A DNA stretch of 64,000 nt. Source: Candidatus Limnocylindrales bacterium. Its GTDB lineage: Bacteria > Chloroflexota > Limnocylindria > Limnocylindrales > CSP1-4. The translations under genes were made by a program, and so were the position numbers. Of this stretch, positions 7,992 through 17,094 are shown piece after piece (the stretch's first letter is position 1; each line of letters begins with the position of its first letter). The notes beneath the pieces were generated by a model that was not told the DNA's origin, made no database searches, and worked only from the letters and a program-made list of their open reading frames with translations. Location of the stretch: assembly GCA_036278755.1 (NCBI GenBank), contig DASUKL010000052.1:22697-86696 (forward strand). The letters are read 5' to 3'.

Positions 7992-9491
7992 CTAGCCGGG
8001 TGGCTGGGTCCCGGGCCGATCCGCTGGGGTAGCCTCCGCGGGCCCGGGCTCGCCCGGCTCGCCGGAGGGCAGGACGGGCAGGGGGCGGCGAGCCTCGCCC
8101 TCGACCGCGCCCACGCCGTAGGGCTGCCACTTGTGGGGGTCGATGAGGCGGTGGCCCTCGTGGCGTCCTCGGGCGTGGGTCTCCTCGAAGCCCTGCGGCT
8201 CGATCCACATCCGCTCGCCCTCGAGCAGGCCCAGGACGCCCGACTGACCGGGTTCCGGCCGGGGCCGCTGGCAGGCCGCGCAGGTCGCCGGATCGTGACG
8301 CTGGTAGGTGGGCGGCTCCTCGTAGGTCGTGACGTAGCCCTCGTAGTTACGCAGCACGACCTTGTGATCCGAGTAGCTGACGAGGTAGTTGGGGTTGAGG
8401 GGGATCTTGCCGCCGCCGCCCGGGGCGTCGATGACGTAGGTCGGCACGGCGTAGCCGCTGGTGTGGCCCCGCAGACCCTCGATGATCTCGATGCCCTTGC
8501 CGACCGGGGTCCGGAAGTGGCCCGAACCCTCGACCAGGTCGCACTGATAAAGGTAGTAGGGCCGGACCCGGATCTCGACCAGGCGCTGGACCAGCTCCCG
8601 CTGGATGTTGACGCAGTCGTTGACCCCGGCCAGGAGGACCGACTGGTTGCCGAGGGGGATGCCGGCGCGGGTCAGCTTGTCGCACGCGCGGGCCAGCTCG
8701 GGGGTGATCTCGTTGGCGTGGTTGACGTGGATGTTGATCCACAGGGGGTGGAACTGGCCCAGCATCTCGCACAGCTCGTCGGTGATGCGCTGGGGCAGGA
8801 AGACGGGCACCCGCGAGCCGATGCGGATGACCTCGATGTGGGGGATCTCCCGCAGGTTGCGGATGATCGTCTCGAGCAGCTTGGGGGCCAGGGTGAGGGC
8901 GTCGCCTCCACTGATGAGGACGTCGCGCACCTGGGGCGTGCGGCGGAGGTACTCCAGCTGGGCCTCGTGCTCGCGGCGGTTGAAGTTCTGGGTCGGGTCG
9001 CCCACGATCCGCGAGCGGGTGCAGTAGCGGCAGTAGCTGGCGCACTGGGTCGTGACCAGCATGAGGACCCGGTCCGGGTAGCGGTGGACCAGGCCGGGCA
9101 CGGGCGAGTGGCGATCCTCGGCCAGGGAGTCCTCCATCATGCCCGTGAAGGCCTGGGCCTCCCGGCCGGTGGGGATGACCTGGCGACGGATGGGATCGTC
9201 GGGATCGTGGGGGTCGATGAGGCTGATGAAGTAAGGCGTGATGTCGACCCGGAACTTGTCGGGAGCCGAGAGGCCCTCGCGCTCGTCGTCGGTCAGTTCC
9301 AGGATCTCGGCCACCTCGTCGAGGTCATTGACCCGGTGGCTGAGCTGCCAGCGCCAGTCGTTCCACTGCTCGTCGGGCACATCGGCCCAGCGCGGTGCGC
9401 GGCGGCTGACGGCGAGCTTGCCGTCAGGGCCCAGGCGGCGGGCCGGGTCACGCTGATTGACGAAGGGGAGGAGGTCGTCGGCTTGGGTCAT
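7992..9491 (-). CDS. kamA: lysine 2,3-aminomutase, radical SAM (KamA family) with about 80-aa C-terminal extension
   Basis: 499 aa. Radical-SAM cluster motif TTQCASYCRYCTRS (CxxxCxxC). KamA-specific blocks include VLISGGDALTL, PYYLYQCDLVEGSGHFR and IDAPGGGGKIP. Confidence 0.85.
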   Translation of the reverse strand: MTQADDLLPFVNQRDPARRLGPDGKLAVSRRAPRWADVPDEQWNDWRWQLSHRVNDLDEVAEILELTDDEREGLSAPDKFRVDITPYFISLIDPHDPDDPIRRQVIPTGREAQAFTGMMEDSLAEDRHSPVPGLVHRYPDRVLMLVTTQCASYCRYCTRSRIVGDPTQNFNRREHEAQLEYLRRTPQVRDVLISGGDALTLAPKLLETIIRNLREIPHIEVIRIGSRVPVFLPQRITDELCEMLGQFHPLWINIHVNHANEITPELARACDKLTRAGIPLGNQSVLLAGVNDCVNIQRELVQRLVEIRVRPYYLYQCDLVEGSGHFRTPVGKGIEIIEGLRGHTSGYAVPTYVIDAPGGGGKIPLNPNYLVSYSDHKVVLRNYEGYVTTYEEPPTYQRHDPATCAACQRPRPEPGQSGVLGLLEGERMWIEPQGFEETHARGRHEGHRLIDPHKWQPYGVGAVEGEARRPLPVLPSGEPGEPGPAEATPADRPGTQPPG

Positions 9492-9556
9492 GGATGCATA
9501 GTCCTTATGCAGACTGGATACCCATGATACCGCGCGCCGTTTGCTAGACTCGTGGG

Positions 9557-9979
9557 GTGAAGGTCGTCGGTTCCCTGGCCCTGGTCGGGTTCATCGTCGT
9601 CATGGCCGCCTGCCTCTTCGGCGCGTTCGTGGCCACCATCGCCCCCGGGGTCCTCGAGGCGGTGGTCATCGGCGGGCCCATCGCGGTCCTCACCGCCGGG
9701 CTCATCGTGGTCATCGTCGGCTCGTCCGCCCTCAGCCCGCAGCACCGGGCCAGCGCCTGGGCTCGAGCCGTGACGAACGTCAACATGAAGTACCTCTTCG
9801 GCCTGGGCATCATCGTCTGGATGGTGTACATGGCCGCCGTCCACCTCGTCGTGCCGGCGATCAACACCCCCGGCGGCTACAGCGGCTCGGCCAACGCCGA
9901 GGGCGGTCTGGCCTTCGTGGGCCTGCTGGCCGGGGTCTTCATCTTCCTCGGCTTCATCTGGGCGGTCATCGGGGAATAG
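9557..9979 (+). CDS. hypothetical small membrane protein (4 TM)
   Basis: GTG start. MKVVGSLALVGFIVVMAACLFGAFVATIAPG...LLAGVFIFLGFIWAVIGE, hydrophobic throughout. Divergent from kamA. Confidence 0.5.
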   Translation: MKVVGSLALVGFIVVMAACLFGAFVATIAPGVLEAVVIGGPIAVLTAGLIVVIVGSSALSPQHRASAWARAVTNVNMKYLFGLGIIVWMVYMAAVHLVVPAINTPGGYSGSANAEGGLAFVGLLAGVFIFLGFIWAVIGE

Positions 9980-10036
9980 CCCCGGCGGGGGAGCGGCCCG
10001 GCCGGACTGCTGGGCCGGGGCTCGTCGCTCGGCCGG

Positions 10037-11701
10037 TCAGTCGCTCGGCGTGGCCAGGACCCGAACGGCCTGCCAGCCGGTAGAGCCTGAAGGCAGGGCC
10101 GACGTCTCGTCCCCTGACTGGACGGCACCCGTGCCATCGACCGCCCGCACCACCAGCCGGGCGGGGCCCGTCGGCAGGGTCACCTGCGCTCGCCACAGGA
10201 TCCAGGTCAGCGGACCGAACGGCGCGGCATGGACGTCGTCGAGTTCCGCCGCCTGCCAGGTCGAGCCGCCGTCGGCGGAGAGCTGCACGGCGCTGATGCC
10301 CCGGTCACCGGCGTTGGCGATGCCATAGACCGAGACTGGGCGAGCGGCCGGGACCGAGGCGCCCGGGAGCGGGAAGTCGATCCGCGACATGGTCTTGACG
10401 ATGGCCTGTTCGTCCCAGCCCCGCTCCTCCCAGTAGCCGGCCGGCACGGAGGCCGCGAGGTGCATCCGGGTGACCCACTTGGGCTGCTTCATGCCGAAGC
10501 GCCCGGCGATCAGGACGCGAGCCGGGGCACCATGCTCCACCGGGAGCGCGGCGCCGCCCATCTCGTAGGCGATCCATGAGTCCGGATCGAGCGCCACCGG
10601 GAGGGGGATCGACTCGGTGTAGCCGTCGGCCGCCTCCCAGAGGATGGCAGTGGCGGCGGGCTGGACGCCCACGGGGGCCAGCAGGTCGGCGATCCGGACG
10701 CCCTTCCAGTGCTGGTTGCCGATGAGATGGTCGCCGGCCACGATCTCGGTGCTGATGCATTCCAGGGTCCGATAGGCCGCGAGCGGCGGCCTGGCCCGCA
10801 GCTGGGCCAGGCTGATCGAGGTCGGCCGGTCGACCAGGCCGTCGATCAGGAGCCGCCAGGCTTCGGCGTCGACGTTGGGGGCGATGATGTCCTTGGCCAC
10901 GATGTAGAAGTCGGACACCGGTGTCAGCGGCGGCGTGGGGCCGAAGCTGTCCGGCGGGAAGGTGCTCGCCGTCCCGCCGCTGCGACCCCGGGCCGCGGTC
11001 ACGACCTGGGTGCCCATCGTGCCCAGGGAGGCCAGGATCGAGAGCCCGCCCAGGAGTCCCAGGCCACCGCCCAGGAAGCTGCGCCGGGCAAGCGTCGGGG
11101 CCCCCGCGGCCGGAGGGCCCGTGATCGCCGGGCCCACGAGCCCGGGGCCTGAGGCCGTCGGAGTGCGGGCTAAGGGTCCCGGTCCGGCGGCCGCTCGGCC
11201 GGCCCGGTCGCGCAGGGCAAGGTAGGTGAAGCCGTAGAGGAGGCAAGCCAGCAGCAGCGGCGCGTGCAGGGCCAGCGGATCGAAGCCCGTCTGTGAGCCG
11301 AAGAGCCCCTCCTGGAAGATCGGCAGGACGATGACCTCGGCCAGGGCCAGGAGGCCGATGGCGATCGTCACCGCGTGGCCCGCGTCCGCGGGACGGGGCA
11401 GGTAGCGATCGACGAGGATGCCGACGAGGACGCCGAGGGCGAGGAAGCCGAGTCCCACGCCCAGGTAGACGAGCCCCTTGGCCAGCGGACCGAACGTCGC
11501 GATGGCCGCTCCGACGACCTGGATGGGCAGGAAGCTCAGCCCGTCAGCCAACGCCTCCAGGAAACCGGGCGAGCCGGTCAGGGTGTGGACGGCGACGAGG
11601 ACCAGCAGGCCGGGCCCGGTCGCCAGAAGCCCGGCCAGGGCCGGCTGGCGCAGGGACCTCCCCGGACCCGGGGCGGCCAGGGCTGCAGGCGAGACGGCCA
11701 T
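10037..11701 (-). CDS. sulfite-oxidase-family molybdopterin oxidoreductase (YedY/MsrP-like) fused to an N-terminal polytopic membrane domain
   Basis: C-terminal domain: YRTLECISTEIVAGDHLIGNQHWKGVRIADLL...VRAVDGTG, the SO-family Moco plus dimerisation/Ig fold. The N-terminal 200 aa have 5-6 TM helices. An internal twin-arginine-like ARRSFLGGGLGLLG motif lies at the junction. Start is taken at the ATG at 11701 (MAVSPAALA...). Confidence 0.75.
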   Translation of the reverse strand: MAVSPAALAAPGPGRSLRQPALAGLLATGPGLLVLVAVHTLTGSPGFLEALADGLSFLPIQVVGAAIATFGPLAKGLVYLGVGLGFLALGVLVGILVDRYLPRPADAGHAVTIAIGLLALAEVIVLPIFQEGLFGSQTGFDPLALHAPLLLACLLYGFTYLALRDRAGRAAAGPGPLARTPTASGPGLVGPAITGPPAAGAPTLARRSFLGGGLGLLGGLSILASLGTMGTQVVTAARGRSGGTASTFPPDSFGPTPPLTPVSDFYIVAKDIIAPNVDAEAWRLLIDGLVDRPTSISLAQLRARPPLAAYRTLECISTEIVAGDHLIGNQHWKGVRIADLLAPVGVQPAATAILWEAADGYTESIPLPVALDPDSWIAYEMGGAALPVEHGAPARVLIAGRFGMKQPKWVTRMHLAASVPAGYWEERGWDEQAIVKTMSRIDFPLPGASVPAARPVSVYGIANAGDRGISAVQLSADGGSTWQAAELDDVHAAPFGPLTWILWRAQVTLPTGPARLVVRAVDGTGAVQSGDETSALPSGSTGWQAVRVLATPSD

Positions 11702-11836
11702 CGTTCGTCCGCAGCATAGACCGCGTGCCCGGCCTGAGCAGGGATCATGGGCTGAGGTGCCAGCGGTGCCTGGCAGCCGGCCCGTCCGCCGTCGGGTCAT
11801 GACCGCCGATCAGCCCGGGCTGGCATCATCAGGGCC

Positions 11837-12283
11837 ATGAAACGTGTCGTCGTCGCCTGGCGGCCCGCTGCCGGCCGCTTCGAGGCCGTCGGCGGCCACG
11901 CTGATTTCCCCATCGCGGTCAACGCGCCCCACGGCGAGGGCCCGGCCACCGGATTCTCGGCGGCCGAGTTGCTGCTCGCGGGCTGTGCCGCCTGCTCCGC
12001 CTGGGACGTGGTCGAGATCCTGCGCAAGGCCCGCCAGCCGCTGGTGGGGCTGGAGGTCGAGGCCGTGGGCACCCAGATGGACGAGCGTCCGTTCGCCTTC
12101 ATCGGAGTGGAGCTCATCTACCGGGCCCAAGGTCCCCGGCTCGACCGCCGTCGGGTGGAGCACGCCGTCCACCTCAGCGTCGAACGCTACTGCTCCGTCA
12201 TCAACACCATCACCGGCGTGGCCACGGTGACCACGCGGGTCGAGCTGGACGAGGTCACCGACCCGGCCGCGACCGTCGCCTGA
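11837..12283 (+). CDS. OsmC/Ohr family peroxiredoxin-like protein
   Basis: 148 aa with the two conserved Cys contexts: LLLAGCAACSAWDVVEILRK and SVERYCSVINTITG. Confidence 0.75.
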   Translation: MKRVVVAWRPAAGRFEAVGGHADFPIAVNAPHGEGPATGFSAAELLLAGCAACSAWDVVEILRKARQPLVGLEVEAVGTQMDERPFAFIGVELIYRAQGPRLDRRRVEHAVHLSVERYCSVINTITGVATVTTRVELDEVTDPAATVA

Positions 12284-12296
12284 GCGGAGGCTGACC

Positions 12297-14609
12297 GTGT
12301 TCGGGCGGCTGGGCGCCGCCATGGCCCGCCGTCGTTGGACGGTCATCGCCGCCTGGGCAGTCCTGCTCCTGGCGGCCCTGCCCTTCGCCCCGCGGGCCGG
12401 CGCTGCCTTGCGGGCCGGCGGCTTCACCCTCGAGTCCCTGCCCGCCGTCGAGGCCGATCGCACCTTGGCCCAGCTGGGTCTGCCCCCGTCCGTCCTGGTC
12501 ATCGTCATCCAGAGCCAGACCTCGGCCCGGGCCGGCCAACCGGCCTTCGAGGCGGCCGTCGCGGGAGCCATCCGCGAGGTGCCTCGGGCACGCTATGTGA
12601 CCGCCGTCCAGACCCACCTGACCGACCCGCGACAGGTGGGTGCCGACGGCTCGGTGGTCTACGAGCTGGTCGACCTCTCCCTCTCGCCCGACGACTCCCC
12701 GGCCGCCCTGCCGCCGGTGGAGGCGGCCCTCCATCAGGAGCCCGGCCTGCGCATCCTGCTGGCCGGGGGCCCGGCCTTCTACGGCGACATCCAGACGGCC
12801 TCCGAAGCCGATCTGCGCCGCAGCGAGATCGTCTCGCTGCCGCTGGCCGCGGCGGCGCTGCTGCTCGTCTTCGGCTCCGTGGTCGCGGCCGGCATGCCGC
12901 TCATCGTGGGCGGGGCGGCCGTCGTCGTGGCCCTGGCGGTCATCTTCGGCTTGGCCACGCTCACCCCGATGAGCATCTTCGTGCTCAACCTGGCCACCCT
13001 CCTGGGCCTGGGCCTGGGGGTCGACTACTCGCTCCTCATGACCAGCCGCTTCCGCGAGGAGCTGGCTCGCCGCGGAGGCGGCCGGACGGCCCGTGGCGGG
13101 ACCGACCGGGCCGCCGTCGATGCGGCCGTGGCGGCCACCGTGGCCAGCGCCGGGCGGGCGGTCTTCTTCAGCGGCCTGACCGTGCTCCTGGGCTTGCTCG
13201 GCCTGATCCTCTTCGAGTTCATGATCCTGCGCTCGGTGGGCGTGGCGGGGGCCATCGTCGTGGGCCTGGCCGTCTTCGCCGCCCTGACCCTCCTCCCCGC
13301 GGGCCTGGCCGTCCTGGGCCCCGATATCGACCGCCTCAGCCTGCGGGGGCTCCGGCGCGGGAGCCCGAGGACCGATGGGTCGGGCGCGGGTGGGTCGGGC
13401 GCGGGTGGGTCGGGCGCCTGGCATCGGCTGGCCTGGTGGGTCATGGCTCGGCCGTGGCCGATCTTCCTGGCCAGCCTGGCCCTGCTGGTGGGCCTCGGCT
13501 TGCCCTTCCTCCACGTCCGCCTCGACGCCCCGGACGCGACGATCCTGCCGCCGTCGCTGCCCTCCCGGCAGGGCTACGACCTCCTCGCCCGGACCTTCGG
13601 CGAAGGGGCCTTCGCCCCCCTGACGCTGGCCGTCCGGACCGCTGGGCCGGCCACGGCCCCGGCCAACGTGGCCCGCCTGTACGACTACACCCGGACGATC
13701 GCCGCCGATGCCCGGGTCAGCCGCGTGGACAGCATCGTCGACCTCGATCCACGCCTGACGAAGGCCCAGTACGAACTGCTCTACGGCGCTCCCGGCGGCC
13801 CGGCCGACCGCTTCGCGGCGACGGTCCTGGCGGCCACGACGAAGGGCGACCTGACGGCGGTCACGGTGACCACCCGCTACGGTCCCAATGACCCTCGGGG
13901 CCGAGCCCTCGTCGAGGCCCTGCGCGATCCTGACTCGGGGCTCGCGCCGCCGGCCGGCCTGAGCGTCCAGGTGGGCGGTGGGGCAGCCGAGGTCAAAGAT
14001 GTCGTCGATCGGATCGGGCAGGACTTCCCCCGGACCGGCCTCTTCGTCTTCCTGACCACGTATGCGGTGCTCTTCCTGCTCCTCCGCTCGGTCGTCCTGC
14101 CACTCAAGGCCCTGGTCATGAACGTCCTCTCGATCCTGGCCAGCTTCGGGGCCCTGGTCTGGATCTTCCAGGACGGCAACCTCTCGGCCGTCCTGGGCTT
14201 CCATCCCCTGGGCTACGTCGAGACGACCCAGCCGGTGATCCTCTTCTGCGTCCTCTTCGGGCTCTCGATGGACTACGAGGTCTTCCTGCTGAGCCGCATG
14301 AAGGAGGCCCACGACCGCCTGGGCGACAACGCCACGGCCGTGGCCCAGGGCCTGGAGCGGAGCGGGCGCATCGTGACCAGCGCCGCGGCCATCGTCGTCC
14401 TGGTGGCCGCGTCCTTCGCCCTGGCCGACGTCGTCCTGGTCAAGGCCCTGGGCGTGGGCATGGCCATCGCCGTGGCCCTCGACGCGACCCTGGTGCGGGC
14501 CCTGCTCGTGCCGGCCACGATGCGGCTGCTGGGGGAGTGGAACTGGTGGCTGCCGGCCTGGCTGGAACGCTGGGTCGCCAGCCGGTTGCCCATCGTGGAG
14601 GGGGAGTGA
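12297..14609 (+). CDS. MMPL family RND-type transporter
   Basis: 770 aa. Two 6-TM bundles separated by soluble loops: LGLGVDYSLLMTSRFREEL and LSMDYEVFLLSRMKEAHD. GGAGG SD 7 nt before the GTG. Contains a GSGAGG x3 tandem (15-bp repeat at about 13375-13415) in a loop. Confidence 0.85.
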   Translation: MFGRLGAAMARRRWTVIAAWAVLLLAALPFAPRAGAALRAGGFTLESLPAVEADRTLAQLGLPPSVLVIVIQSQTSARAGQPAFEAAVAGAIREVPRARYVTAVQTHLTDPRQVGADGSVVYELVDLSLSPDDSPAALPPVEAALHQEPGLRILLAGGPAFYGDIQTASEADLRRSEIVSLPLAAAALLLVFGSVVAAGMPLIVGGAAVVVALAVIFGLATLTPMSIFVLNLATLLGLGLGVDYSLLMTSRFREELARRGGGRTARGGTDRAAVDAAVAATVASAGRAVFFSGLTVLLGLLGLILFEFMILRSVGVAGAIVVGLAVFAALTLLPAGLAVLGPDIDRLSLRGLRRGSPRTDGSGAGGSGAGGSGAWHRLAWWVMARPWPIFLASLALLVGLGLPFLHVRLDAPDATILPPSLPSRQGYDLLARTFGEGAFAPLTLAVRTAGPATAPANVARLYDYTRTIAADARVSRVDSIVDLDPRLTKAQYELLYGAPGGPADRFAATVLAATTKGDLTAVTVTTRYGPNDPRGRALVEALRDPDSGLAPPAGLSVQVGGGAAEVKDVVDRIGQDFPRTGLFVFLTTYAVLFLLLRSVVLPLKALVMNVLSILASFGALVWIFQDGNLSAVLGFHPLGYVETTQPVILFCVLFGLSMDYEVFLLSRMKEAHDRLGDNATAVAQGLERSGRIVTSAAAIVVLVAASFALADVVLVKALGVGMAIAVALDATLVRALLVPATMRLLGEWNWWLPAWLERWVASRLPIVEGE

Positions 14610-15790
14610 TGGGCCGGTCGTGGGGCTGGCCGGGCGGCACGGGCCACCGGCGGCGGGCCGGGGCCGTGCTGTCGGGGGCCCTCCTCGTCTCCGCCTGCAC
14701 CACGGGGCAGCCGCTCCTGGCCGAGGCGCCGGCCGTCCATCCCACGCCGCCACCGCCGACCGCCACGGCCACCCCTGTCCTGCCCGACCCGCAGCCCATC
14801 GTCCTGCCCCGCGACGACGGCCCGCACGGCCGGCTGACGGAGTGGTGGTACGACACGGGGCACGTGGTCACAGCCGACGGCCGGCACTTCGGCTTCGAGT
14901 TCGTGATCTTCCGCGCGGAGCGGGGCGGCTTCCCGGTCAGCTGGGCCTCGCACCTGGCCCTGACCGACGAGGCGGGCGGCACGTTCGTCTACGACCAGCG
15001 GACGGCCGTAGGTCCCCAGGTGGACCATCCAGTGGCGGGTGGTGGATTCGACCTCGCCCTGCCCGCTCTCGACGCATCCGGCGCGCCGCTGCCCGGCGGC
15101 CAGCCCTGGACGATGATCGGGGGCGGCGGTCACGATCGCCTGACGGCGGCCAGCGAGGCAGCCGGATTCGGCCTCGACCTGACCCTCGACGCGGGCGGCC
15201 TGCCGGCGCTGCTCCACGGCCAGGACGGCTGGGTGGACTTCGGGCCGGCGGGCGGCTCGTACTACTACTCGCGGCCGCGGCTGCGGGTGAGCGGCACCCT
15301 CACCCTGGGCGGCACGGCCCTGCCCGTGAGCGGCCTGGCCTGGTTCGATCATCAGTGGGGCGACTTCATCGCCGTCGGTGGCGGTTGGGACTGGTTCGCC
15401 GTCGATCTCGACGACGGCAGCGCCCTGACCCTCTCCCTGGTCCGAGACGTCGAAGGCCGGCAGGCCCTGGCCTACGGGACGCTCATGCAGCCCGACGGCA
15501 CGGCCGTCCACCTCGCCGCGGCCGACTTCGCGGTCCAGGTCCTGGACCACTGGACGAGCCCCCATACCGGCGCCCTCTACCCAGCCGGCTGGCGCCTGAC
15601 CGTGCCCGGCCGCGGCCTCGTGATCACGCTCCGACCCACGGTCGCCGACCAGGAGCTGGACACCCGGGCCTCCACGGGCGTCATCTACTGGGAGGGCTCC
15701 CAGGTCGTGTCGGCCACGCGCGACGGCCTGCCGCTGGGCGGCCAGGCCTACGTGGAGCTGACCGGCTACGCCTCCGCGGCGAGCCGTTAG
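14609..15790 (+). CDS. AttH/CrtC-like (lipocalin-like, hydroxyneurosporene-synthase family) lipoprotein
   Basis: ATG overlaps the MMPL TGA (ATGA). Lipobox ALLVSAC. LPRDDGPHGRLTEWWYDTGHVVTADGRHFGFEFVIFRA and DHQWGDF...WDWFAVDLDDG are typical of the CrtC/AttH family. Confidence 0.7.
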   Translation: MGRSWGWPGGTGHRRRAGAVLSGALLVSACTTGQPLLAEAPAVHPTPPPPTATATPVLPDPQPIVLPRDDGPHGRLTEWWYDTGHVVTADGRHFGFEFVIFRAERGGFPVSWASHLALTDEAGGTFVYDQRTAVGPQVDHPVAGGGFDLALPALDASGAPLPGGQPWTMIGGGGHDRLTAASEAAGFGLDLTLDAGGLPALLHGQDGWVDFGPAGGSYYYSRPRLRVSGTLTLGGTALPVSGLAWFDHQWGDFIAVGGGWDWFAVDLDDGSALTLSLVRDVEGRQALAYGTLMQPDGTAVHLAAADFAVQVLDHWTSPHTGALYPAGWRLTVPGRGLVITLRPTVADQELDTRASTGVIYWEGSQVVSATRDGLPLGGQAYVELTGYASAASR

Positions 15791-15799
15791 CATCCGGGG

Positions 15800-17011
15800 G
15801 TGCCCCTCGATCCCGCCCGCCGGGCTCTCATCCTGACCTGCCTCTATGCCGCCGCGACGGGCACCGACTACACGAACCATGGTCCGGTGCTCGACGTCAT
15901 CAGCCGCGAGTTCGGCCTGTCCGACGCCAGCGCGGGGGCCATGGCCACGGCCTTCTTCGCCGGCTCGGCGGCGACGATGCTCCTGGGCGGATCGCTGGCC
16001 GACCGCTTCGGGGCCCGGCTCATGGTCACCCTGGGCTTCGCCCTGGTCGTCATCTCCAACATCGGCTGCGGGCTCCTCGCGCCGAGCTACCCGATCCTCC
16101 TGGCCTGGCGGGTGGTGGGCGGGATCGGCACCGGCATCTCGTTCCCGGCGGGGTCGGCCTACCTGACCCAGACCAGCCGGAGCGGCGGCTCACACTTCGC
16201 CCTGGGCCTCTACGGGGCCGGGTTCCTGCTCGGCTCGGCCAGCACCTTCCTGTTCATGCCCGCCCTCGCCGGGCCGGGGCACGACTGGCGGCTGGCCTAC
16301 GTCGTCTCGGGCCTGGGCGTGGGCCTCTGCTTCCTGTTCTGGCTGGCCTGGGCGCCGCGCGTGCCGAAGGGGGCGACCTCGGGCCTTCGGGCATCCAAGA
16401 CCGGGAGCTCGGGATCGGGACTGCGGGCCGCCATGAGCGTCCGCAACAGCTGGCTGCTGGCCCTCTGCCACACCTGCGGCTTCGGGCTGGCCATGATCCT
16501 GGGCACCTGGGTCACCAGCTTCCTGACGCGCGACTTCGGCCTGGGCCTGGCCCTCGCCGGTGGGCTGGGCTCGCTGGTCCTGGTCATGGGCATCGTCGGC
16601 CGGTTCGGGGGCGGCGTGGCTGTGGAGCGGGGCCTGCCGCCGTTCCTCGTCATCCGGGCCTCCCTGGCTGTCTGCGCCCTGGGCCTGCTGGCCATGGCCC
16701 TGGCCGGCGACCAGCTGTGGCTGGCCCTCGCCGGGGTGGTCGTCACGGGCCTGGCCATCGGCCTGCCCTACGCCTCGCTCTTCGACGGGGCCGCTGCCAG
16801 CGCACCGTCCAGCCCGGCCTCCGCTCAGGCCCTCGTCGGCTGGGGCGGGACCATGGTGGCCGTGGTCGGCCCGCCCCTGGTGGGAGGCTTGCTGGACCTG
16901 ACCGGCGGCTTCCCGGCCGGCTTCACGACCCTGGCCGTCTTCAGCGCCCTGGTCCTCCTCTCGACCTGGTTGCTGCGGCCGTTCGGCGGGCTTGTCCTGG
17001 CCGAGGGATAG
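15800..17011 (+). CDS. MFS transporter
   Basis: GTG start, 403 aa with 12 predicted TM segments. MFS motif GGSLADRFGARLM between TM2 and TM3. Confidence 0.8.
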   Translation: MPLDPARRALILTCLYAAATGTDYTNHGPVLDVISREFGLSDASAGAMATAFFAGSAATMLLGGSLADRFGARLMVTLGFALVVISNIGCGLLAPSYPILLAWRVVGGIGTGISFPAGSAYLTQTSRSGGSHFALGLYGAGFLLGSASTFLFMPALAGPGHDWRLAYVVSGLGVGLCFLFWLAWAPRVPKGATSGLRASKTGSSGSGLRAAMSVRNSWLLALCHTCGFGLAMILGTWVTSFLTRDFGLGLALAGGLGSLVLVMGIVGRFGGGVAVERGLPPFLVIRASLAVCALGLLAMALAGDQLWLALAGVVVTGLAIGLPYASLFDGAAASAPSSPASAQALVGWGGTMVAVVGPPLVGGLLDLTGGFPAGFTTLAVFSALVLLSTWLLRPFGGLVLAEG

Positions 17012-17094
17012 GTCGATACTGACCTTCCGACGCGGAGGTGGGGATCACCGAGCAGGCGACCGTCGGACCGGACAAGGCCGACCCTGTCTCTCGC

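Noticed and set aside
12255-15880. Very long minus-strand ORFs (832 aa and 535 aa) opposite MMPL / AttH genes
   Set aside because: Extreme Arg/Gly/Pro/Asp/His low-complexity with no domain-like segments. The sense-strand genes have strong family signatures.
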